Positions 1 to 6,061 are shown, counted from the first letter of the stretch. The stretch is DNA of 20,000 bases from an uncultured virus (IMG/VR IMGVR_UViG_3300031140_000597) (IMGVR_UViG_3300031140_000597:55391-75390), one strand, 5' to 3'. Numbers and translations are program-made. Notes: generated from the sequence alone by a model not told the origin.

Positions 1-1
1 A

Positions 2-76
2 CTCAACGAAGGATTCAGATTTAATAATCCAAACGCAAAAGACGAATGCGGTTGTGGCGAAAGTTTCACTGTATAA
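2..76 (+). CDS. iscA: Fe-S cluster assembly A-type carrier (IscA/HesB family), 3' end only
   Basis: Frame 2 reads LNEGFRFNNPNAKDECGCGESFTV*, containing the C-terminal NPNA..CGCGESF signature of IscA/SufA/ErpA. Confidence 0.9.
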   Translation, partial: LNEGFRFNNPNAKDECGCGESFTV

Positions 77-94
77 TATTTTATTAAATAAGTG

Positions 95-123
95 TTGACA
101 AGAGAAGTATAATGCGTTACAAT
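95..123 (+). promoter_or_regulatory. sigma70-type promoter P1
   Basis: TTGACA (95-100), 17 bp spacer, TACAAT (118-123). Confidence 0.75.
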
Positions 124-207
124 AGCACAACGTTTTGAGAAAGACATAAAGTTTTTTGATAAATAAATAAGAAGTTTATGCTGACGTATTTCAAGTCACT
201 AATTTAG

Positions 208-265
208 AAATAGTTTAAAATAGTTTAAAATAGTAGTTGACAATAGTTAATAAGTTTGATATAAT
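208..265 (+). promoter_or_regulatory. sigma70 consensus promoter P2 with phased A-tract/UP-like repeats
   Basis: TTGACA (237-242), 17 bp, TGnTATAAT (260-265); preceded by AAATAGT repeated at a 10-bp period (208-234). Confidence 0.85.
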
Positions 266-275
266 AGTAGAACAA

Positions 276-304
276 GTTGAGAGATCAACACGCTCTTTAA
301 AAAT
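276..304 (+). promoter_or_regulatory. rrn-like antitermination leader (boxB-like hairpin + boxA)
   Basis: GTTGA-GAGA-TCAAC hairpin (276-289) followed by GCTCTTTAAAAAT (292-304), close to the rrn boxA consensus TGCTCTTTAACA. Confidence 0.6.
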
Positions 305-317
305 AGTTTGTTTTAAT

Positions 318-399
318 ATGTATTATTGTTGATGAAAGTAGGGCTTGATGTTGGAAGTAGAACCATTAAGGTGTCTGACGATAGTTAACAATAATATAT
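318..399 (+). ncRNA. putative structured ncRNA (element C), irregular hairpin
   Basis: 15-bp terminal stem 318-332/385-399; inner stem CTTGATG/CATTAAG; shares the 3' ACGATAGTTAA motif with element B. Confidence 0.5.
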
Positions 400-422
400 T
401 TTAAAATGAATTAAAATAGTTA

Positions 423-451
423 TTGACATTGTTATGAAACTTTGTTATACT
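423..451 (+). promoter_or_regulatory. sigma70-type promoter P3
   Basis: TTGACA (423-428), 17 bp, TGnTATACT (446-451). Confidence 0.75.
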
Positions 452-462
452 ATTAAAGTGTT

Positions 463-616
463 CTTTTGTATACACATTAGGTAGATACTGATTTTAGTAG
501 GTATGGTGATTCGTGCTGAACGTTGAAGGGAATCGCTAAATGACAAGGGACTTGCTGTGTGGGATTAATCATCCCTGTCGTAGACAAGCGGTTGTTAAAT
601 AATGTGTATGCAAAAG
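463..616 (+). ncRNA. putative structured ncRNA (element A), paralogue of 628-770
   Basis: 17-bp closing stem 463-479/600-616; 67-nt core aligns without gaps to element B. Confidence 0.7.
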
Positions 617-627
617 TGTATTTTAAT

Positions 628-770
628 ATATGCTATTGGGTAGAGCCAGATCGTAGTAAGCATAAGGGTGCGTGCTGAAATTTGAAGGGAATCGCTGAAC
701 GACAATAGGTTTAATGTATACAGACTAATCCCTGTATATTGGAACCAACGATAGTTAAACGATAGTATAT
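628..770 (+). ncRNA. putative structured ncRNA (element B), paralogue of 463-616
   Basis: 11-bp closing stem 628-638/760-770 with a different sequence from that of A; core 639-705 matches A at 51/67 positions by hand count. Confidence 0.7.
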
Positions 771-799
771 TTTAAAGTTTATTTTAAATAAAGTTTAAT

Positions 800-875
800 T
801 CCTGAATAGCTCAGTTGGTAGAGCAGTAGACTGTTAATCTATTTGTCGTTGGTTCGAGCCCAACTTCAGGAGCCA
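800..875 (+). tRNA. tRNA-Asn(GUU)
   Basis: Full cloverleaf, acceptor TCCTGAA/TTCAGGA, anticodon loop CT-GTT-AA, TTCGA T-loop, encoded CCA. Confidence 0.96.
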
Positions 876-884
876 TTTTCATAG

Positions 885-969
885 TTAGTTTATTCCTTCT
901 TACAGGATATCCTGAGAAGATACGAAGAAAACTGATAGCATCACATCTGAAACAATGACGATGTGGTGC
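885..969 (+). ncRNA. putative two-hairpin spacer RNA
   Basis: Irregular hairpin 885-935 (CTTCT/AGAAG, CAGG/CCTG) and 10-bp hairpin GCATCACATC/GATGTGGTGC (938-969). Confidence 0.35.
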
Positions 970-975
970 GGTTGC

Positions 976-1049
976 GCCCGATTAGTTAAGTGGTATAACA
1001 ATTGCCTTGTAAGCATTAGTTGGTGGTTCGATTCCATCATTGGGCACCA
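976..1049 (+). tRNA. tRNA-Thr(UGU), copy 1 (divergent)
   Basis: Acceptor GCCCGAT/ATTGGGC, loop CT-TGT-AA, one T-T mismatch in the anticodon stem, CCA. Confidence 0.93.
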
Positions 1050-1055
1050 TTTTTT

Positions 1056-1191
1056 AAAGTAGTATTAAGTAGTTACCCTAGCGGCTCATAAGAGAGAGTC
1101 GGTTCATTGCATATAGTTACAGTTATGTGTAGTCAGCGAAATGTGCATCTGTAAGTGCATGTAGACTCGGCTAACTTCTTAATATTATTTT
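1056..1191 (+). ncRNA. putative ncRNA (element D), three-way junction with complementary loops
   Basis: 14-bp closing stem, GAGTC/GACTC stem, two hairpins whose loops TTACAG (1117-1122) and CTGTAA (1149-1154) are exact complements. Confidence 0.7.
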
Positions 1192-1192
1192 T

Positions 1193-1268
1193 GCTGACGT
1201 AGCTCACTCGGGAGAGCGCGACCCTGTCAAGGTCGAGGTAGTGGGATCGAAACCCATCGTTGGCGCCA
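1193..1268 (+). tRNA. tRNA-Asp(GUC)
   Basis: Cloverleaf, loop CT-GTC-AA, G discriminator, CCA; T-loop is ATCGAAA. Confidence 0.93.
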
Positions 1269-1315
1269 CATTTAAGATCAAATTTCTTGACCAGAAGTTT
1301 GAAACAACGTTTTAT

Positions 1316-1406
1316 AGAGAGTTGGCAGAGTGGTCGAATGCACTGGTCTTGAAAACCAGCAAGGGTTCATAGCCCTTCGAGAGTTCGAACCTCTCACTCT
1401 CTGCCA
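1316..1406 (+). tRNA. tRNA-Ser(UGA)
   Basis: Class II cloverleaf with long variable arm, loop CT-TGA-AA, G73, CCA. Confidence 0.96.
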
Positions 1407-1483
1407 TTTTAGATAGTGCTAAATAGATAGTTCGTCAGATGATGTAACTATTTTATAGGAATAAACCATGTATAATATAATTT

Positions 1484-1558
1484 GTCCCATTAGCATAATG
1501 GATAGTGCAGTGGATTTCTACTCCATAGATCAGGGTTCGACTCCTTGATGGGACACCA
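1484..1558 (+). tRNA. tRNA-Arg(UCU)
   Basis: Acceptor GTCCCAT/ATGGGAC, loop TT-TCT-AC, CCA. Confidence 0.93.
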
Positions 1559-1574
1559 ATTTTAAAGAGCGTAC

Positions 1575-1658
1575 AGTATCATCGCTTGTCAAGTAGATAC
1601 TCAGGTAACATCAGGCATAGCCCCTCATGATGTTATTAGGTGAGGGGGTGAGACAAGC
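1575..1658 (+). ncRNA. putative double-pseudoknot ncRNA (element E)
   Basis: Four perfect helices: AGTATC/GATACT, GCTTGTC/GACAAGC, TAACATCA/TGATGTTA, CCCCTCA/TGAGGGG, forming two crossings. Confidence 0.65.
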
Positions 1659-1668
1659 ACATTTTTAT

Positions 1669-1738
1669 ATCATCATTTGCCAATTGGTAAGGTTAGGCGA
1701 AGTAGTCGTTACTGGTTCGATTCCAGTTGGTGATACCA
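1669..1738 (+). ncRNA. tRNA-like RNA with truncated anticodon arm (pseudo-tRNA or tRNA mimic)
   Basis: Acceptor ATCATCA/TGGTGAT, D-arm GCC-AATTGGTAA-GGT, T-arm ACTGG-TTCGATT-CCAGT, ACCA end; only about 15 nt where anticodon arm plus variable loop normally take 21-22. Confidence 0.75.
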
Positions 1739-1745
1739 ATTTTAA

Positions 1746-1818
1746 TGCGGGATGCTAAGGTATGCACTCCGGGCTCATAACCCGCGAGGTTGAGTTTCGA
1801 TTACTCTTTCCGCTACCA
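1746..1818 (+). tRNA. initiator-type tRNA-fMet(CAU) with atypical D-arm
   Basis: Loop CT-CAT-AA, three consecutive G-C pairs in the anticodon stem (GGG/CCC), 1:72 mismatch (T-T), ACCA. Confidence 0.8.
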
Positions 1819-1823
1819 CATTA

Positions 1824-1901
1824 GGGCCTATAGCTTAGTTGGTTTAAAGCAGACGACTCATAATCGTAAGATCCTTGGTTCAAGTCCAAGTAGGCCCACC
1901 A
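1824..1901 (+). tRNA. tRNA with CAU anticodon, probably Ile2 (lysidine type)
   Basis: Cloverleaf GGGCCTA/TAGGCCC; CGACTCATAATCG anticodon arm resembles bacterial tRNA-Ile2; elongator Met not excluded. Confidence 0.85.
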
Positions 1902-1947
1902 CTATAATTTATTTTTGTATAAGATTTGTCTTATACATTTACAGAAA

Positions 1948-2040
1948 TCGCTTCTGTTATCGTGACATACAACGACAACGATAGCGTTACACTCGTAACA
2001 AATACATGTTAATTATGCGAGTTGACGATAACAGAGGCGG
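1948..2040 (+). ncRNA. putative structured ncRNA (element F)
   Basis: 16-bp closing stem 1948-1963/2025-2040, 27-nt A/C-rich asymmetric loop, inner stem ACTCGTA/TGCGAGT. Confidence 0.6.
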
Positions 2041-2048
2041 CGCTATTC

Positions 2049-2123
2049 GCGAGTATCGTATAATGGTTATTACGGGAGGTTTCCAACCTTTTGATGTCAG
2101 TTCGATTCTGACTACTCGCTCCA
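2049..2123 (+). tRNA. tRNA-Gly(UCC)
   Basis: Acceptor GCGAGTA/TACTCGC, loop TT-TCC-AA, U73, CCA. Confidence 0.95.
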
Positions 2124-2145
2124 ATATGTAAGAAGTAAAGAACAT

Positions 2146-2231
2146 GCCTTGGTGGTGGAATTAGGTATACACATCAGATTTAAAATCTGACGACTTCGGT
2201 CATGCGGGTTCAAGTCCCGCTCAAGGCACCA
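2146..2231 (+). tRNA. tRNA-Leu(UAA)
   Basis: Class II cloverleaf, loop TT-TAA-AA, variable arm GAC-TTCG-GTC, A73, CCA. Confidence 0.95.
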
Positions 2232-2253
2232 AAATTAAAATAGAAGATGTAAT

Positions 2254-2985
2254 ATGAATAGTTTGTTTGAATACACAGAAGCAGTAGAAGAGTGCAAAGG
2301 TTCGTTAGAAGGTGATGGTGATAATAAGTTATTTACCGAAGCAGAGCGTGTTCTATCTACTGAAATAAACAACGAAGAAAAGATATTAAAGCATCCGATA
2401 TTACATGAAGCGTTTGATCGCATCGTAGAGCAACATGTACCAAATCAATCAACTGCATTTTTATCATTATGCACTGCTACTCGTCCTTATAACAAGAGCA
2501 AGAAGTGGAAAGGATTCATCAACAAGTTTGGTGGTAAGGTAGATATGATAGTTGTATCTAATGGTGGTATGATGCCACAACAGTTTTGGAAAAGTTGGCC
2601 CTATTTGAATTACGATGGGGGTGATCATTATGATGTTAAAATGTATCAAGATATTATGCATGAACGATTATTGAAGTTTTTTAGGAAGCACAATTACAGT
2701 AATGTTATTGCAAACTTTAGACCTAATTTAATCAATCATCAACCAGCACATGATGCGCTTTCTATTCTGAAAGAAGAAGGTAGCATTGGTGATTATATTG
2801 TAATGCCTAATCAGGAGTTGTATGATAAGGCACAGTCATTAGGTTGGCGACCACCACAAGGTCAAGGTGATATGTTCCCTGATTTAACCAATACGATACT
2901 GAGTGCATTAACTGCTCAAGTGGAAGAATTCGGGTATGATGAAGATTTATTTACTGTTCATGAAAAATTAAAGTACAATAAGTAG
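2254..2985 (+). CDS. DUF5591-like protein (domain found in archaeosine synthase ArcS/TgtA2)
   Basis: 243 aa; FLSLCTATRPYNKSKKW resembles the C-S/T-x-x-K/R-P-Y-x-x-S motif, followed by VVSNGG..P and PY.NYD. Confidence 0.55.
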   Translation: MNSLFEYTEAVEECKGSLEGDGDNKLFTEAERVLSTEINNEEKILKHPILHEAFDRIVEQHVPNQSTAFLSLCTATRPYNKSKKWKGFINKFGGKVDMIVVSNGGMMPQQFWKSWPYLNYDGGDHYDVKMYQDIMHERLLKFFRKHNYSNVIANFRPNLINHQPAHDALSILKEEGSIGDYIVMPNQELYDKAQSLGWRPPQGQGDMFPDLTNTILSALTAQVEEFGYDEDLFTVHEKLKYNK

Positions 2986-2998
2986 GTTATTTTTATAG

Positions 2999-3012
2999 TA
3001 TAAATAATACTA
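2999..3012 (+). promoter_or_regulatory. T4-like late promoter
   Basis: Exact TATAAATA (2999-3006) followed by N4-TA, upstream of the hydrolase gene. Confidence 0.55.
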
Positions 3013-3030
3013 TAGACAGGGAGAAAGATA

Positions 3031-3705
3031 TTGTTCAAGGGAATATATAATCTTTTTAAGCAGAAAGAAGAGCCTATAGCAGAGATGATTGAAATCCCTG
3101 TTAAAAACCCAGAATTACCTCATATTGTGTTTATACACGGTGCTGGATGTAGTCATCGCAGTTGGAATTATATATTAGCAAAACTTAACCCTACCCGTTA
3201 CACTATGTTAGAGTATTCGGTAGATGATAAGTTTTATACTAATCTAAATAAACTGTCGACTATTGTTGGTCAAATACATGATAGGGATTTATTTATAATA
3301 TCTCATTCTATGGGTGGTATATATGCATTGCATTTATGTCAGAGTTTTAGTCATAGAGTAATTGGTTCAATATCTATCGCGACTCCGTTTGCGGGATCGA
3401 GAACAGCAGATTTTGTAAAATATGTATATCCATCGTATATATTGTTTCGAGATGTTGGAGTAAGAAGTGCGCCTATTATGAGGTGTCATGATATTACAAT
3501 CAATGTACCTTGGACACAGATAGTTACGACAGATGGGCATGTACCGTGGCATAAGGGTGAGAACGATGGTGTTGTGACGGTAGAAAGTCAGCGTCATCGT
3601 AAAGATATAGATTATGTAGAAATACATGTAACCCACCATGAAGCGTTGGTGAGTGATGAAGCATTAGATATTATAAAAGAAAAATTAGATATCAAAAACG
3701 CTTGA
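3031..3705 (+). CDS. alpha/beta hydrolase (esterase/lipase-like)
   Basis: HGAG oxyanion motif, SHSMGG nucleophile elbow, TPFAGS, NDGVV acid, C-terminal His; TTG start with GGGAG RBS. Confidence 0.85.
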   Translation: MFKGIYNLFKQKEEPIAEMIEIPVKNPELPHIVFIHGAGCSHRSWNYILAKLNPTRYTMLEYSVDDKFYTNLNKLSTIVGQIHDRDLFIISHSMGGIYALHLCQSFSHRVIGSISIATPFAGSRTADFVKYVYPSYILFRDVGVRSAPIMRCHDITINVPWTQIVTTDGHVPWHKGENDGVVTVESQRHRKDIDYVEIHVTHHEALVSDEALDIIKEKLDIKNA

Positions 3706-3730
3706 CAGAACACGTTACATAGTGTATAAT
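3702..3730 (+). promoter_or_regulatory. sigma70 consensus promoter for tRNA-Ala/Ala/Thr
   Basis: TTGACA (3702-3707), 17 bp, TATAAT (3725-3730). Confidence 0.85.
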
Positions 3731-3779
3731 AATTTATTAGATAAATAAAGTAGTAAGTATGAAGTGGTTACATAATCGT

Positions 3780-3855
3780 GGGGATATAGCTCAGTTGGGA
3801 GAGCGACTGCCTTGCACGCAGTAGGTCGTAGGTTCGATCCCTATTATCTCCACCA
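3780..3855 (+). tRNA. tRNA-Ala(UGC), copy 1
   Basis: Cloverleaf, loop CT-TGC-AC, G3:U70 Ala identity pair, CCA. Confidence 0.97.
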
Positions 3856-3904
3856 TTATGTGACTATTAGTCTAATAAATAAAGTAGCAAGTATGAAGTA
3901 CAAT

Positions 3905-3980
3905 GGGGATATAGCTCAGTTGGGAGAGCGACTGCCTTGCACGCAGTAGGTCGTAGGTTCGATCCCTATTATCTCCACCA
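3905..3980 (+). tRNA. tRNA-Ala(UGC), copy 2 (identical to copy 1)
   Basis: Same 76-nt sequence as 3780-3855. Confidence 0.97.
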
Positions 3981-4015
3981 TTTTAAAATTAAAGAGATAT
4001 CAAATTTCTTTAAAA

Positions 4016-4091
<76 letters not shown>

Positions 4092-4099
4092 AATAATCA

Positions 4100-4125
4100 G
4101 ACTCCCTTCGGGGAGTTTTTTGTTT
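4100..4125 (+). terminator. rho-independent terminator ending the tRNA cluster
   Basis: GACTCCC-TTCG-GGGAGTT hairpin (cUUCGg loop) followed by a T-tract. Confidence 0.9.
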
Positions 4126-4167
4126 CTGCAATAAATACAATTATGAAAATTTATAAGAATAATCCGA

Positions 4168-5193
4168 ATGTATGACATTAAAACAATAGAATTGGAATTA
4201 GCAACTGTGTGCAATGCATATTGTCCCGTATGTATTCGCTATGATGCAAGAGACGAAGGTTTATTTTTAAACCCCAAAGCCAATCTTAATCAATTGATAG
4301 ATCTAGATACTATCGACAAATGTTTTAAATCAGACAAAATACCCGATGACGTAGAAGTGAGTCTAGTTGGTACTTCTGGCGATCCACTTGCTCATCCTAA
4401 AATTTTAGATATTATCAAATTGATATTACATCATAAGTCGCATGCAACATTTAATATCCATACTAATGGTGGACTTAGATCAACAAAATTATTCGCTGAA
4501 CTTGCACATATATTAGGAGATGGCGATAGGTTTTGTTTTAGTTTAGATGGGTTAGCAGATACCAACCATATATATCGAATAGGGGTTGACTTCAAGAAAG
4601 TAATATCTAATATGACTGCATTCATTGAAGCGGGCGGCACACCAATTTGGCAATTTGTGATATTTGATTGGAACAAACATCAGATAGAAGAATGTAGAAA
4701 ATATGCATTTGATTTAGGCTGTAGAGCATTTGAGTCTCGCGAAAATGTCAATCCCGGGCTTATAGATGTCGCCATCGCATCTGCAAATAAGCAGATAGTT
4801 AATGCTGTATCTCCATCGTTTTATTCTGATAGTATGGTCGAGTCTGATGATTATGATTACATAGACGATGCGTGTATTCAAGAACAAGGAATATTCATGG
4901 CACCAGATGGTAAAGTATATCCTTGTTGTATGTTCTATGCGGAACGTGCGGGTCCAGGTTCTACATTGGTGTACGATACCATGTATAAGAAGTTTGGATA
5001 TGATTGGAATGATTTAACTATATATTCACTAGATCAGATTCTAGATCATGCTTGGTGGGATGAACTACATACCAGCATAGTTAAAAGTCCATGTGTTACA
5101 TGCATCAATAACTGTGGTGCTGTTCGTGATGAACGTAGTAATTCTGACATAAACGAAAAGGCATATCAAAATATTTCAAGGACATTAATATGA
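4168..5193 (+). CDS. radical SAM protein with SPASM/twitch domain
   Basis: CNAYCPVC (CxxxCxxC), GTSGDP, HTNG, SLDG; C-terminal C..G.VYPCC..CVTCINNC. Confidence 0.9.
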   Translation: MYDIKTIELELATVCNAYCPVCIRYDARDEGLFLNPKANLNQLIDLDTIDKCFKSDKIPDDVEVSLVGTSGDPLAHPKILDIIKLILHHKSHATFNIHTNGGLRSTKLFAELAHILGDGDRFCFSLDGLADTNHIYRIGVDFKKVISNMTAFIEAGGTPIWQFVIFDWNKHQIEECRKYAFDLGCRAFESRENVNPGLIDVAIASANKQIVNAVSPSFYSDSMVESDDYDYIDDACIQEQGIFMAPDGKVYPCCMFYAERAGPGSTLVYDTMYKKFGYDWNDLTIYSLDQILDHAWWDELHTSIVKSPCVTCINNCGAVRDERSNSDINEKAYQNISRTLI

Positions 5194-5540
5194 CAGTACC
5201 ATTATTCAATAAGACATTCAAATTATTTGTATTTAAGGGTGATAACGAAGTAAGTATATCACTTAGAATCACCGATAAATGTTGTAGATCATTCATGATG
5301 CCATTAGAAGATTTCACGTATATCATTAACAATTGGCGCACAGGTGTTGATGGTAGAAACATAGATGGTAATCGTTGGTGGTGGGAATACAGAGATTGTG
5401 GTCCGAGACCAGAAATAGCCCCAGCAGATTTTGTATCTATTAGTGTACATGGATGGAACTGGCGCGTTACGGTAGCAGAGATGGAAGAGTTAGAAAGTGC
5501 ATTTAATTTTCAGTTAATCAATAAAAATCATTGGGATTAA
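5190..5540 (+). CDS. hypothetical protein
   Basis: 116-aa ORF, ATGA overlap with the upstream stop. Confidence 0.7.
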   Translation: MTVPLFNKTFKLFVFKGDNEVSISLRITDKCCRSFMMPLEDFTYIINNWRTGVDGRNIDGNRWWWEYRDCGPRPEIAPADFVSISVHGWNWRVTVAEMEELESAFNFQLINKNHWD

Positions 5541-5552
5541 CTAAATAAGTGT

Positions 5553-6044
5553 ATGGGAAAAATAATAAAATCAATTAGTCTAACACAACTCGTATTTACG
5601 TTGATATTTTTATCTATGTTTACGGCTATTGGCTTAAATATATATCTATATGTGAAGTTACATCAAGCATGGCCATTAGAACATTTCAATGGTAATATAG
5701 AAACTCCTGTTGATATATCGGTTGATAAAACGATTGTTGCATCTGGTACATTTAATCGTCGTGTGGCATGTGAAATGTATAATTTCAGTTTGCAGTTACG
5801 AAATGTAGACACGAGAGATATAATTATATTAAATCCCGAACATTTAGCAACGGCACCTACCACTACGATGTCACCAGCGAAAGATATAGATGTTAATTTT
5901 TCGCTACATATTCCAAGTAATCTATATGTTGGATTTTGGACACCTACATTCACTGGGCACTATATCTGTAAAAGCGGTATGTTCACACAAAATAAGACTC
6001 AGCGCATCGTCGTTGATTCATTCGAAGTAATCAAATCTAAATAA
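5553..6044 (+). CDS. hypothetical membrane-anchored protein
   Basis: 163 aa, single N-terminal hydrophobic helix then a beta-rich domain with two Cys. Confidence 0.7.
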   Translation: MGKIIKSISLTQLVFTLIFLSMFTAIGLNIYLYVKLHQAWPLEHFNGNIETPVDISVDKTIVASGTFNRRVACEMYNFSLQLRNVDTRDIIILNPEHLATAPTTTMSPAKDIDVNFSLHIPSNLYVGFWTPTFTGHYICKSGMFTQNKTQRIVVDSFEVIKSK

Positions 6045-6061
6045 TCAAAAATAGGTAATAT

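Noticed and set aside
352..365. Element C loop partly complementary to the tRNA-Arg(UCU) anticodon arm
   Set aside because: Only 7 contiguous pairs plus bulged extensions, which is plausible by chance
330..378. TGATGA and CTGA resembling a box C/D guide RNA in element C
   Set aside because: No convincing C' box, the stronger 15-bp stem sequesters part of the C box, and the host context is bacterial; a K-turn cannot be fully excluded
1575..1738. Pseudoknot plus tRNA-like domain as a tmRNA
   Set aside because: No G3:U70 pair, no tag reading frame, and the arrangement fits neither one-piece nor permuted tmRNA
1790..1984. 64-aa plus-strand ORF
   Set aside because: Overlaps two tRNA genes and element F, and has no RBS
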